A stretch of 64,000 nt of DNA from Candidatus Bathyarchaeota archaeon (GCA_963826715.1 CAWGYA010000008.1:128001-192000); one strand, 5' to 3'; positions 30,679-42,034 are shown, counted from the stretch's first letter. The notes: generated from the letters alone by a model not told the origin. Numbers and translations are program-made.

Positions 30679-31069
30679 TCAACAACCGCTTCTCTATTTT
30701 TATTTTCTTCCAAAATCGCTTCTCTTAGCTTTTCGGTCCTTTCGGCTTCATCAACAAAGCCAAAATGCCTGTATGATTGGGGATTCACATTGGCGGTCAT
30801 AAGCCGTTGATCATCAAGTATTACTTTTCCGCCTACACTCAAACCATCTGCAACGTAGACTTTTCTAATAGATGTTTTGGAAAATCTATATTTAAATGAG
30901 TTTGTTGGTCAATCCAACCTGAAAGATTTGAAATTTTAAGAGCCGTAATTTCTCCATGCTTAACTTTTTTGGGATCAATAACTTCCCCATTTTTCACGTT
31001 AGAAATAGATGTAAAATGTCTAATCAAATTAATCGTTGCTCCAACAAAAAAGGATGGAAGACTCAGCAT
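30675..31069 (-). pseudogene. Unknown gene inside the ure operon, split across two frames by a -1 shift
   Basis: Frame 1 starts at ATG 31069 directly after the ureC TAG. The -1 frame (FKYRFSKTSIRKVYVADG...EAVVE) ends in a TGA overlapping the ureE ATG (ATGA). Confidence 0.6.
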
Positions 31070-32785
31070 CTACACCAAATGGTAGAGCTGAGTTAATGGT
31101 AGTTCTTTTGCAGGTTCACAAGTTGCCGGCTTGCCATTGAATGTTACTTTGTATGTTTCGGGGTCGATTTTTATTTCGCCAAGGGTGCTGTTCCGTATCA
31201 TGTGTTGTTTGCCCAAGTTTCTTACGTTGTATACTGGTAGAACTTGGCGTTTTATGCCGTATTTTTCTTTGATGCCGTTTTCCATTGCTAGTTTTGAAGT
31301 GAATAGTGCAGATGTTGTTGATCTTGCTAACCCGAATCCGCCAAACATTGGTCTGAAGAAGACTGGTTCAACTGGTGGAACTGAAGCATTGGGGTCGCCC
31401 ATCATTGCGTAGGCTATGAATCCTCCTTTGAAAACTATGTTTGGTTTTGCTCCGAAGAATCTGGGATCCCATAATACTATGTCAGCCATTTTTCCTTTTT
31501 CAAGACTGCCTACATAATCGGAAACGCCGTTTGTTATTGCAGGGTTTATGTTTAGCTTAGCTAAGTATCTCAAAACTCTAAAGTTGTCGTTTCCTGGAGC
31601 GTCTTCAGGCAGTTTGCCAAATTGGGCTTTCATTTTGTGTGCAGTCTGCCAGCATCTGGTTGAAACTTCTCCGGTTCTGCCCATTGCTTGGCTGTCTGCT
31701 GAATACATGCTTAGAATGCCCCAATCGTGGAATACGTCTTCTGCAGCTATTGTTTCAGCTCTGATTCTTGATTCGGCAAATGCTACATCTTCGGGGACTT
31801 TGGGATTGAGATGGTGAGTGACCATGACCATGTCAAGATGTTCATCTAAAGTGTTTACAGTATAAGGTCTTGTTGGATTTGTCGATGAGGGTAATGCATT
31901 GGGTTCTCCAGCAATTTTCATAATATCCGGAGCATGCCCTCCACCTGCGCCTTCCGTGTGGTATGTGTGAACTGTTCTCCCATCTATCGCGTCTATGGAA
32001 TCGTCGACATATGCTCCTTCGTTTAATGAATCCGTGTGTATTGCTAGTTGAACATCATATTCGTCTGCAACACTCAAGCCCGTATCCAAAGATGCCCTGG
32101 TAGCACCCCAGTCTTCATGCATTTTAAGTCCGCCTGCACCTGCTGCAAGCTGTTCAACTATTGTATCTGGTTTACTATCGTTAGCTTTAGCCAAGAAAAG
32201 CCAGTTGATTGGCAAACCTTCACTGGCCTCTATCATTTTTCTTATGTTCCAAGGTCCTGGTGTACAGGTAGTTGCATTTGTTCCATCGGCAGGCCCTGTG
32301 CCTCCACCGATATAGGTTGTTATGCCATTTCCTATTGCATGGTACACTTGCTGCGGAGATATCATGTGAACATGTGTATCGAAGAAGCCTGCAGTGGCAA
32401 TCAGTCCTTCTCCAGCAGTAACTTCAGTTGAGTTACTTGTAACCATGTTTTCAGTTACGTTATCCATCGTACTTGGGTTTCCAGCTTTTCCGATTCCTGC
32501 TATTACCCCGTTTCTAATGCCTATGTCAGCTTTGACTACACCTAGTATTGCATCTAAAACTATAACGTTGGTAATAACATGGTCAAGAGCGCCATTTGCC
32601 TGTGTTGTGCCAGCCGCTAAACCCATTCCTTGTCTAGCAGTTTTTCCACCACCGAAGACCAACTCGTCGCCAAATGAAGTGCAATCTTTTTCCACTTCAA
32701 CGATCAAGTTTGTATCTGCCAATTGAATTTTGTCGCCTTTAGTTGGACCGTACAGATCTAAATATTGTTTTCTTGTGATTTTCAT
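31070..32785 (-). CDS. ureC: Urease alpha (catalytic) subunit
   Basis: [30 protein letters not shown] and DSQAMGR nickel-site motifs. Confidence 0.99.
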   Translation of the reverse strand: MKITRKQYLDLYGPTKGDKIQLADTNLIVEVEKDCTSFGDELVFGGGKTARQGMGLAAGTTQANGALDHVITNVIVLDAILGVVKADIGIRNGVIAGIGKAGNPSTMDNVTENMVTSNSTEVTAGEGLIATAGFFDTHVHMISPQQVYHAIGNGITTYIGGGTGPADGTNATTCTPGPWNIRKMIEASEGLPINWLFLAKANDSKPDTIVEQLAAGAGGLKMHEDWGATRASLDTGLSVADEYDVQLAIHTDSLNEGAYVDDSIDAIDGRTVHTYHTEGAGGGHAPDIMKIAGEPNALPSSTNPTRPYTVNTLDEHLDMVMVTHHLNPKVPEDVAFAESRIRAETIAAEDVFHDWGILSMYSADSQAMGRTGEVSTRCWQTAHKMKAQFGKLPEDAPGNDNFRVLRYLAKLNINPAITNGVSDYVGSLEKGKMADIVLWDPRFFGAKPNIVFKGGFIAYAMMGDPNASVPPVEPVFFRPMFGGFGLARSTTSALFTSKLAMENGIKEKYGIKRQVLPVYNVRNLGKQHMIRNSTLGEIKIDPETYKVTFNGKPATCEPAKELPLTQLYHLV

Positions 32786-32789
32786 TTTT

Positions 32790-33167
32790 TCAGGCTCCTT
32801 TGAACTTGAGTTTTTTTGCTTTTGAAAGTGCCAAATCTTTTCGATAAATTGTTCTTACGCTACCGTCAACGAGATTGTTAAATCCGTGGATATATTTTTT
32901 ACCACCGTATTCTACAAGTGTGATTTCTTTTTCTTGCCCCGGTTCAAATCTTACGCTTGTGCCTGCTGGAATTGCGAGTTTCATGCCGTATGCTTTTTCT
33001 CTCTCGAATTCCAATGCTCTATTTGACTCAAAGAAGTGAAAGTGTGAACCCACTTGAATTCCTCTATCGCCAGTATTTTTTACTTTTAATGTAAGTGTTT
33101 TTCTATTTGGGAAAGCTTCTATGTCGCCTTGTCCAAGGGTTATTTTGCCCACCGTATTGGGAGTCAT
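32790..33167 (-). CDS. ureB: Urease beta subunit
   Basis: [19 protein letters not shown] and IPAGT.VRFEPG motifs. Confidence 0.98.
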   Translation of the reverse strand: MTPNTVGKITLGQGDIEAFPNRKTLTLKVKNTGDRGIQVGSHFHFFESNRALEFEREKAYGMKLAIPAGTSVRFEPGQEKEITLVEYGGKKYIHGFNNLVDGSVRTIYRKDLALSKAKKLKFKGA

Positions 33168-33487
33168 TTTTCGTTTTCCTCCTTTGGCTGGATTGGATTA
33201 TGAACGCTTACTAGTTTGGTTCCATCTGGAAATGTTGCTTCAACCTGAACAAGAGTTATCATGTCAGCCACATTTGGCATCACGTCATCCATGGTCAAAA
33301 CATGCCTAGCTTCTTGAGCTATTTTAGCTACACCGACACCTCTTCTAGCGCCTTCTTGAACAAAATCTGCAATGATTGCTACAGTTTCAGGATAATTCAG
33401 TTTTAGCCCATTTTTCATTCTTCGCTCAGCCATTCTTGCAGCGGTAAAAATCATCATTTTTTCTGTTTCACGTGGAATCAGCTTCAT
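33164..33487 (-). CDS. ureA: Urease gamma subunit
   Basis: [16 protein letters not shown] and [15 protein letters not shown] motifs. Confidence 0.98.
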   Translation of the reverse strand: MKLIPRETEKMMIFTAARMAERRMKNGLKLNYPETVAIIADFVQEGARRGVGVAKIAQEARHVLTMDDVMPNVADMITLVQVEATFPDGTKLVSVHNPIQPKEENEK

Positions 33488-33536
33488 TTTATTCGCCTTC
33501 TAATTAGTCATAGGTTTAAAATAGCTGTTTAAAACT

Positions 33537-33561
33537 ATGCTGTTACAATATGTAACAACAT
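33537..33561. promoter_or_regulatory. Palindromic operator in the divergent ureA/urea-transporter promoter region
   Basis: ATGc-TGTTACA-ATA-TGTAACA-aCAT; core 33541-33557 is TGTNA-N7-TNACA. Confidence 0.65.
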
Positions 33562-33610
33562 AATTTTATATTCATTTCACAAACTAACCCGTTTTATAAG
33601 GTAGGTACTA

Positions 33611-34747
33611 ATGGATCCTATTTCAGGAACTATAAATTTTGTTCTTAACGGTGTTGCCCAAGTTTTCTTCATGGGGTCGCCTTTAGTTGGGATCATCTTT
33701 GTAATTGCTCTTGCCATTAATTCAAAAAGGGCAGCTACCTTTGCTGTCATAGGGTCAATAGCTGGAAGCTTGGTGGGTTTGGCTTTAGGGATAGAGCTTG
33801 TACCAACATCTTTGTCTTCACCGGACAACGCTTTAACTTACGGAATATTTGGATTTAACTCCGTTTTAACCGCTATTGCTTTAGGCGACACATTTCTTGA
33901 AAAAGGACGCTCGGCAACAACCGCAGCAGTTGTAGGCGCTCTTATAACTGGGTTCATTACCGCCTCATTAATTTGGGTCACAAAAATTTTTGGTCTGCCC
34001 GTGGAAACTTCAGCGTTTGTATTAACAACTTGGATTTTCCTATTTGCAGCCAAAAAGTTTTCCGCCGTGAAATTAGCTGGTCCTCCACCTGCACCAAAAC
34101 AAAGAAACACATTACTCAAAAATCCTCAAGACACAGATAAAGAAGAACCCTTGCGATTAAGTGAATTCACTTTGGGTGGATTTGTAAAATTAATCTTTAC
34201 AGGCATCGCGCAAGTATTCTTCCAAGAAAACTGGAAGACAGGAGTTCTAATTTTCATCGGATTAACTGTTGCTACAATTCCATTAAACCCCTATGGGTTC
34301 CCAGTGCAATATCCAATATACTTCGCTGGAATCACCGCATTCATAGGAACTCTTTCTGCAACACTAGCTGCGATTGCATTCAAAGCTGACAGATCCTCTG
34401 TCCTGATTGGTTTATATGGGTTTAACGGAACCTTAACAGCCTTGGCTGTAATGGGGGTTTTTGTTGGGTTCCTCTGGCCAATAAGTCCCTTCAATGGTGC
34501 GCCAATTAACTTCCTAATCATGCTTTTCGCCACGGCGTTCTCAACCATAGTTACTGCTTTCATGGGAACAATAACGGGGCGTTTCAACCTTCCCACTCTA
34601 ACTGGTCCGTTTGTGTTCACTGCTTGGCTTATAGAGTTGGGCGCACACGTTTTTCCTTCAATAGCTCCAGCCCAAATAGTTATATTAACAAACAGCGGAA
34701 TTCCAGCACTTATGCAGTTAATGCATCATTTTGCATTGGTGCTTTAG
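33611..34747 (+). CDS. Urea transporter (UT/Utp family)
   Basis: Internally duplicated G.AQVFF, G.(F/Y)GFN..L and LP..T..FV motifs; divergent from the urease operon. Confidence 0.9.
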   Translation: MDPISGTINFVLNGVAQVFFMGSPLVGIIFVIALAINSKRAATFAVIGSIAGSLVGLALGIELVPTSLSSPDNALTYGIFGFNSVLTAIALGDTFLEKGRSATTAAVVGALITGFITASLIWVTKIFGLPVETSAFVLTTWIFLFAAKKFSAVKLAGPPPAPKQRNTLLKNPQDTDKEEPLRLSEFTLGGFVKLIFTGIAQVFFQENWKTGVLIFIGLTVATIPLNPYGFPVQYPIYFAGITAFIGTLSATLAAIAFKADRSSVLIGLYGFNGTLTALAVMGVFVGFLWPISPFNGAPINFLIMLFATAFSTIVTAFMGTITGRFNLPTLTGPFVFTAWLIELGAHVFPSIAPAQIVILTNSGIPALMQLMHHFALVL

Positions 34748-34776
34748 CGCCCAAGTAGATTTATGGATGGATAAAT

Positions 34777-36090
34777 ATGTCAGCTATTCCTACAGAAAAC
34801 CTATTCAATAATCTTTGGGTCTTGATATGTGGAGTTCTAGTTTTTATAATGACTATTTCAGTAGGAATACTTGAGAGGGGAGAACTTGGCAGAGGCGCCA
34901 ACAGAGCCTTAATGAAAAATATTATGATTTCGTGTTCAGGTTTCTTTTTCATGGCATTTCTCGGCTTTAGCGTTGCTTTTGCACCTACAATAGGCGGGGG
35001 CTTAATGGGTAATCCGCTGTATAACTTTCCGCTCATGGGTAGCTTCCAGGGTAATTCTGCGGATATTTTTACTCAAGTTTGGTGGTCAATGGGTCCACAG
35101 TATTTTAACAATTCAGTTACTCTTCCTTCTTATTTTTTCTTTGAAACAGCCTTCGCTACAGTGACCCTTGCGTTGGTCGGTGTGGTTGTTTTAAGAAAAA
35201 TGAAGTTGGAAGCTTTCTTTCTTTATTCAATTCCTTACTTCATCCTCATTTGGGCTTTGCCGGCTGCCTGGATATGGAATCCACAAGGTTGGCTTTACGT
35301 ATTAGGCGTAAGAGACTTTGCAGGTGGATTAGTTGTTCATGGAGCAGCAGGAGCAGCAGGGTTAGCCATTGTTCTTAGAATTTGGCAGGAAGAGAAAAAG
35401 AAAGGATTCCGAGAAAGCCCGCAAATAAAACCTAAGCCTAACACGCCATGGTTATCTTTGTCAATTCTTCTTCTTTGGCTTGGGTGGTTTGGTTTCAATC
35501 CTGGAAGCACTTTAGCATTAAATATTCAATCATACATTGTAGTTCTGATCACTTTTCTTGCTGCAGCGACCAGCTTTTTGTTTACAATGCTTTTTAAGTA
35601 CCTTGAGATAAAAAAAATGCCCAGCATAATGTATGCGGCAAATGGTATTCTCATAGGCTTAATCGTTATCACCCCAGTTGCTGGATATGTAGGTCCTCAG
35701 AGCGCAGTTATTCTGGGAATATTGGGATCAATTTTATTTATTTTAGGCGAGAAGCTTTTCCAGCGAGCTAAATGGTTTACTGATCCAGTTGGTTTATTTC
35801 CAGGGCACTTTTTAGGCGGCATATTTGGTTTCATTATGGTTGCGTTTTTCACACAGAAGGCATTTGCGGACTTCGGAGGCGGGTTTGGACTTTCGAACGG
35901 ATTATTTTTCGGCGGCGGGATGGCTGCTTTGCATCAACTCGGACTTCAATTACTAGCTATCCCAGTAGTCACTATCACAGTCTTTGTATTATCATATATC
36001 TTTATGTGGATTATAAGCAAAGGTATTCATGGCATAATTAAAGAGTACACTGCTGAAGAGCTTAGAGAACAAAAGACAAAACCAGCATAA
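34777..36090 (+). CDS. amt: Ammonium transporter (Amt family)
   Basis: DFAGG.VVH, LW.GWFGFN.GS, ITP.AG and D.VG.F..H motifs (twin His). Confidence 0.93.
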   Translation: MSAIPTENLFNNLWVLICGVLVFIMTISVGILERGELGRGANRALMKNIMISCSGFFFMAFLGFSVAFAPTIGGGLMGNPLYNFPLMGSFQGNSADIFTQVWWSMGPQYFNNSVTLPSYFFFETAFATVTLALVGVVVLRKMKLEAFFLYSIPYFILIWALPAAWIWNPQGWLYVLGVRDFAGGLVVHGAAGAAGLAIVLRIWQEEKKKGFRESPQIKPKPNTPWLSLSILLLWLGWFGFNPGSTLALNIQSYIVVLITFLAAATSFLFTMLFKYLEIKKMPSIMYAANGILIGLIVITPVAGYVGPQSAVILGILGSILFILGEKLFQRAKWFTDPVGLFPGHFLGGIFGFIMVAFFTQKAFADFGGGFGLSNGLFFGGGMAALHQLGLQLLAIPVVTITVFVLSYIFMWIISKGIHGIIKEYTAEELREQKTKPA

Positions 36091-37199
36091 TAAACTAATT
36101 TTCTTTGCAGCTAGAGGAAGTAAATAGTTGCCACTCATAACAATAATAGCCAAACAATTTTGCTAAGCATTAATTAACACACGCAAATCTACGATGTTAT
36201 TCATAGATGAAAAACACCTCTTAGCTACAAGGTTCTACATTATTTGGTTCATTAAATGTTTATAAGTTTAAAAAAAATTTAAACATATTATGCATCGAAA
36301 AGCGCTGTTTTTTCTTGCAGGACTTTTTCTGGCCACTGCTTTAATGGCGCCATCAATAATTTTAATCGATCAAGCGAACTCGGACTTGAACAACATTTTT
36401 GCACAAGATAATCCTTGAATGGAAACAAGCATCAATAGCTCAACAGCCGATCAGATTAGCCAAGCCACCAGGCAACGTTTATTCTTGTCATAATAATCGA
36501 GGTAATATTTGTAATTCTCTTCGCAATAACGTTGTTTTTTGCCAAAACCAGTAACTCCAACCTTTGATTACTAATAAGCCAAAAAATCATAGAGTCAGTA
36601 AGTTCCAAAAGGTAATTTTTTACTATATGAAGCTGAACATACAATACAGCGGTTCAATGCCCATGCCAATTTCTGAAGGAAAAGCCATTCTCAAGTAGTT
36701 TTCTGAGAAAGAACATAAAAAAGTTGGGAGCAACTTAAAAATTGTCTATGTGAGTTCCCCTCTAGACAACTCCGCTGCCCACAAAAGTTTCCTTAAAGTA
36801 GACGCTCCGAATCAAGAGGTAAGCAAAAATTCTTTGGTTCAATGACAGTTGAAGTGAGACCTGTTAAATCACTAAGTGAAATATCAAAAAATCTGTAGAC
36901 ACAGATGCGATGATGCGCATAACGATATCTGTTAAAGACTAAAAACAACAAATATCCAAGCCCTGGTTTCTTTAGTGATATTTGAATTGAAAAGTATGAA
37001 AAAAAAATCAAATCTCCGATGATATAGCATCATTCTTAAATAACCTGCTATCCGCTTGCAGCGCCAAATCGTATACCGAAAAGTAAGAGATGGGTAGCTA
37101 TATTTTGTCTCCAGTAAGGGTTAAAGAGAGAACGACAATGGCATACTTCAGAAAAGCAAATAAGACACAGAAAAAGTAACCATTACGTGAAAATATCTT

Positions 37200-37424
37200 T
37201 TGAAAGCAAAAATAGGTTTGATCACGGCTTTTATTATAACAGCCGTTGTTGGAGTTTATAGCATAGACATAGGTATTCGTGTGTCAAAAGGCAATGAGCG
37301 CCCCGAAATCCTAGCTGTGGCGTTAATATTACTTGTATTACTGTTTTTTATTAATATCATATTATTGGCTAAACAACAAAAAAATAAACGGGAAAATTTA
37401 TTTGAAGCTCTATTTACCATTTAG
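37200..37424 (+). CDS. Small two-TM hypothetical protein
   Basis: Two hydrophobic helices and a basic tail. Confidence 0.45.
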   Translation: MKAKIGLITAFIITAVVGVYSIDIGIRVSKGNERPEILAVALILLVLLFFINIILLAKQQKNKRENLFEALFTI

Positions 37425-38968
37425 CTCTTTTGATGGGAAACGTACAGTGAACGTTGTTCCTTTACCTTCTTGACTCTCAAAGTCTACACTGTCACCTAAC
37501 GCTTCACTCATACGTTTAACAACAACTAACCCGAACCCTTGACCTTTCGCCTTAGTCGTAAACATTGGAGTAAACAATTTTCCTTTTACGGCTTCAGAAA
37601 TTCCGACACCTGAATCTTTGACTAATATGACAGTGTCATTTACTTCCTTGTAAGTATATATGAATAGTTTTCCGCCATTGGGCATAGCTTGAACCGCGTT
37701 ATTCACTAAATTGTTCAATATACGAGTTATAAAAGTAGAGTCAGAGACAAATCTCCCTGCACCGGCTTCAACTTCAACGCTAACTTCAATATTACCGGGC
37801 AACCTTTTTTCCTTTAATAACTGGTCAATAATAAGTTTCAGCTCAATGTCCCCTAAATCAGGTTTAAGAGGTCTAGCAAAATCCTGCAAATCAGCTACAA
37901 TTTTGTTAATGTAATCAACGTTCTTCTCAATTTCTGATAAGCTCTCTTTTAAATTATTTTTTTCTTCACCATCAGGAATTGAGGCTAAATCTGTTTTAGC
38001 TAAAAATAACTCGCCAGTTATAGACTATAACGGGTTACGAATATCATGCCCCACCATGCCCGCGGTCGCACCGATAGCAGCTAAACGCTCCGCCGCCTTC
38101 AACTGTTGCACTCTTTTGTTTGCAAGCTCCTCCATTTGATTAGCATATTCTTTAACCAAAACCGCGGACTCTTCAAGCTTAGCCTGCATTCGAATCCGTT
38201 CAGTTATATCAACATTTGATTCCAATATTTCCATAATTTCGCCTAGAGCATTAAATTTGCCCAACCAATAACTCTGCACAAAAAACTTTATCTCCATTTT
38301 TGCATTTATGGCTGATTTCACCTGACCACTTACCGTCCAATTTAAGCTCTTTAAGAACTTCCTCTAGTGATTGCGGGAATTCTGTCATTAACAATGTGTG
38401 GATAACTTGTCCAACAGCTTCGTCTTTACTTCAACCATACAGTTTCTCAGCACCCTTACTCCAAAAAGCACTAGTACCGTCCAACCTTCTAACAATTATA
38501 ACATTAGGACTAAGATCAATAAGCTCAGCTTGCCTTGCAGTCGCTTCTTCTGCCTTTCTTGCGTTCTGTAATATCCTCAAATAAAACGACAAAATATCCC
38601 TTTTCAGGACAGTAAGCTGAAACTTTAAACCATTTATCCAAAGGCTCCGCATGATTCTCAAATTTAATGGGCGCCCCAGTTAGCGCAACTTTGCCATAAA
38701 CGTTAATCCAGTCTGTCGGGTCCTTCTCAATACCGATAAGGGCGTCTGTTACTTTCTTGACTATAAGTTGCTCTCTTTTAAGACCGGTCATCTTTTCAAA
38801 AGCATGATTGATTTCAACAAAAATGTAATCAACTGGTTTTCCCGACTTATCGACGACAATTATATGGTATGCAAAGCCATCGAGCATTTTATTAAAAAAC
38901 AAATTGAACTGTGTTCGGTCGCCACTGAAAGCCTTTTCCCATTCACCGGTTAAAACATCAGTTGACAT
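37410..38968 (-). pseudogene. Degraded PAS-PAS-HisKA-HATPase sensor histidine kinase
   Basis: Collinear fragments: PAS (38525-38968), PAS pieces in shifted frames, H-box MVGHDIRNPL followed by an in-frame TAG at 38025, then HATPase (NAVQAM, D.G.GI, G.G.GL). Confidence 0.88.
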
Positions 38969-39528
38969 TCTTAGGCTTCACCGTTAAATTACTAAAGATA
39001 CACAGATCCGCAGTATAAGAACACAACTTAATGCAGCGACAGATATCAGAAAAATTCTTAAACCTGCATTTTGGTTCGACTCATAAGTCGTAAACTACTC
39101 TTTTTAAGCTTCGTTCAATACAACAACAGCAACGTTTGTTAGTACTCAAGCACAAGCTTACACCTAAGGGCTCCGTTTTTGCATAGTCAGCAACGAAAGC
39201 ATAATTTTGTCTGGTCTTCGAAAGTTTTGAACTGCTTCTCTATTTAGAATCAATTACACTCTATCCCTACTTTAGTTTGTTTGATTAAATTGAATTTGAT
39301 ACACATGGCAATTTGCACACAAATTCTGCTTATTTTCGAGACATGATTATCATGGGTCGCTTTGGTATAATGAAGAGTAAACGAGCAAACTTATTTGTAT
39401 AGCCTTTCCCAAAACATTAAACATATCCCGCCTTGGTTCAGAGATGGCTTTAGGCAGGTTAAATCTTACTTTGCCTATGTCCATTCGACACTGACGCGGG
39501 AAATCTTAGTGTTAGAGAAGGTGAGCGC

Positions 39529-40449
39529 ATGAGTATACGAGTGGTGTTTCTTGGAACCAGCGGCAGCGTACCCACAATAAAACGTAGTCTACCAGCCGTG
39601 ATTGTGCAATGTCCACGTAATCAGTGGATGTTTGATTGCGGAGAAGGTGTACAGCGACAGATGATGGGAGCAAAAGTGAGTTTTCACCGGAAAATGAAAA
39701 TTCTAATAACTCATCTGCACGGCGACCACGTTTTGGGTTTACCTGGCCTTCTCCAGACGATGGCATTGATGGATAGAAAAGAATCTGTTGAGATTTATGG
39801 TCCAGTTGGGCTCGCCGCTTTTCTATCATGCGCCAAAGAAACACTGAATTTCAGCTTAAACTACCCTCTTGAAATCAATGAAATCAAATGCGAGGGGTTA
39901 GTCTGCGATGAAACAGAATTCCAAATTAAAGCCATCAAATCCAGCCACGCTATAGATGGCTACTGCTTTGCGCTCATTGAAAAATCACGCCCAGGAAGAT
40001 TCTACCCAAAAAAGGCTTTGACATTAGGGGTTCCTGAAGGTGAACTGTGGTCTAAACTGCAGGGAGGCAAATCAGTCATTCTTCCAAATGGAAAAACTGT
40101 TACGCCGAACGAAATAATGGGTCCGATACGTCCTGGAAGAAAAATAGTATATACAGGAGACACAAAACCCTTCTATGCCTTCGCAGAGTTCGCCAAAAAT
40201 GCGGATTTAGTGATACATGACTGCACCTTCGATAACGATCTTTCGGAGAGGGCAGCAACGGATGGGCATTCAACGCCAACCCAAGCAGCAACAGAGGCAA
40301 AAGCTGCAGGCGCCGAGCGGCTGGTACTCATTCACATCAGTGCACGCTACCCCGACGCCACGGCTCTTCTAGAAGAAGCGAAAAAAGTGTTTCAAAACAG
40401 CATCCTTGCCGAAGACGGCATGGAAATTGAGGTCCCTCTAAAAGAGTAA
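39529..40449 (+). CDS. rnz: Ribonuclease Z
   Basis: FLGTSG..P, DCGEG.Q, THLHGDH, GDT.P and HIS.RY motifs. Confidence 0.97.
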   Translation: MSIRVVFLGTSGSVPTIKRSLPAVIVQCPRNQWMFDCGEGVQRQMMGAKVSFHRKMKILITHLHGDHVLGLPGLLQTMALMDRKESVEIYGPVGLAAFLSCAKETLNFSLNYPLEINEIKCEGLVCDETEFQIKAIKSSHAIDGYCFALIEKSRPGRFYPKKALTLGVPEGELWSKLQGGKSVILPNGKTVTPNEIMGPIRPGRKIVYTGDTKPFYAFAEFAKNADLVIHDCTFDNDLSERAATDGHSTPTQAATEAKAAGAERLVLIHISARYPDATALLEEAKKVFQNSILAEDGMEIEVPLKE

Positions 40450-41220
40450 CTCGTTAAGTTTAGCAATACTTTCTGGAACACCACGCACAGATTCCACCAC
40501 GACAGTTTTGTCGTATCCAATTTTCTTTAGCGACTCTGCAAACCCCACATAATCAATCGTACCATCACATACACCGTTGTGCTGATCGTCGCTACCATCG
40601 TTGTTGCTAGCATGGATATGTACGATCTTGTCAGCGAGCCGGTTAATGAATGGCTCAATTTGTCCTTCCAGATGAGCGTGCCCTAAATCCAAAGTTATAC
40701 CTATGGGCAAATTCGTTTCTTTGTACATCCGCATAAACTCGGCGGGTGTACTCATCAAGAACCAGTATTTATGCGGCAAATTCTCCAGTGCTAAATTTAC
40801 TCCATATTCCTCGCCTAACAAGTAGAGCTGCTTAATACTCTGGCACATAACTTTGAAGTCGGCATCTGGATAGAACTGACCGATCCCGGTACGCTGTGCC
40901 GGATGAAAAACCCACATCTTCGCATTTATAGCGTTGGCGTTTGCAAGAGATTGTTTTAGCCGCTTCATGGTGGCAGATAGCATAGACTTTATTGGTGAGC
41001 CGATATTGATGTCGGCGAAGGGAGCATGTAATGAATAGGTTAAGCCGTAAGATTTAGCGGCTTCTTTGAGCTGAGTCACTCGGACTTTGTTCAGGTCATG
41101 AGTGCCGTCGTCAAGAATTTCGATATATTTGGTGTCCATTCTCTCCAATCGCTTAACCATGCGGTTGAAGGGGTCTCCCAGACAGTAGAGCATTGAAACG
41201 CCAACTTTAGCTTTAGCCAT
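40438..41220 (-). CDS. Sugar phosphate isomerase/epimerase (xylose isomerase-like TIM barrel)
   Basis: HAPF.DIN, LEN, DLGH, HIH.S.N.G..D.H and E motifs. Confidence 0.88.
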   Translation of the reverse strand: MAKAKVGVSMLYCLGDPFNRMVKRLERMDTKYIEILDDGTHDLNKVRVTQLKEAAKSYGLTYSLHAPFADINIGSPIKSMLSATMKRLKQSLANANAINAKMWVFHPAQRTGIGQFYPDADFKVMCQSIKQLYLLGEEYGVNLALENLPHKYWFLMSTPAEFMRMYKETNLPIGITLDLGHAHLEGQIEPFINRLADKIVHIHASNNDGSDDQHNGVCDGTIDYVGFAESLKKIGYDKTVVVESVRGVPESIAKLNELLF

Positions 41221-41605
41221 ATCAGGTTCCCCAAGTAAAGAGATGATTCTGGTTTAAGCCAAACGACCTAAATAACTTAACGCTACTTTGAGAACAATCT
41301 AAATTATTTCTGATTAAAACTATTTTGGCAACTATGGGTCTCATCGCATCGAATCAACGCCGGAAGATAGCTTTACACCGGTTAAACTACCAAAAGAAAC
41401 TCTACAGGAACCTATTGACCCCGAAGACCCTCGTTATAACCTTAAAATGTTATATCTCGTTTTTTGAAGAAAAACTGAAGAACTTTCGCGCGAATTTTTT
41501 TAGCAATAGACATTGTTTATTGCATATAACGCATGAAAAAGAAACAACTAAACGCTCAAATAAGGCAAACGAATTATAATATATGAATAATAAGTCGTGA
41601 AAGGC

Positions 41606-41767
41606 TTGAATACAGTTTTATGGTCAAGCTGCCCTTATTGTGAGAGTACTCACCTGGAAGAAGATTTAGTTTCCGTCAGGTGTCTTGAATGTGGCATGGG
41701 GAAATATAAAAGGGGCAGATATAAAGAATATCGAAAACAATTACATAAAAAAGATACTCTCTCATGA
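41606..41767 (+). CDS. Zn-ribbon microprotein with basic tail, 53 aa (not in ORF track)
   Basis: (M)NTVLWSSCPYCESTHLEEDLVSVRCLECGMGKYKRGRYKEYRKQLHKKDTLS; CPYC...CLECG. Confidence 0.6.
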   Translation: MNTVLWSSCPYCESTHLEEDLVSVRCLECGMGKYKRGRYKEYRKQLHKKDTLS

Positions 41768-42034
41768 TTTATGTAATTGTTTCTAAAAAAAAGAGTGGTC
41801 AATTAATTATTTTAAAACATAAAAGCTTTTAAGAATAAAACTAATGCGTAATCGATCACATTGAAGAGTTGTTATATGAAAGTTCTATGATACCAGGAAA
41901 CTTAAATATTAAATCCTTAGGTGCAAGAGCAAGATTTGGGCTCTTGTGCGCAATTAAAAAAAAGCTGACAAAAAATAACTCAAATATGAATATTGAATAG
42001 TGCACTACAAGAATTAATCTAAAGAGTTTTCCAG

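Noticed and set aside
36090-37200. Short ORFs downstream of amt
   Set aside because: Fragmentary, no motifs and no consistent start signals; probably decayed DNA.
38025-38027. In-frame TAG after the H-box of the histidine kinase as pyrrolysine or readthrough
   Set aside because: It falls at a usual Gln position (CAG to TAG), and the same gene has several frameshifts; ordinary pseudogene decay.
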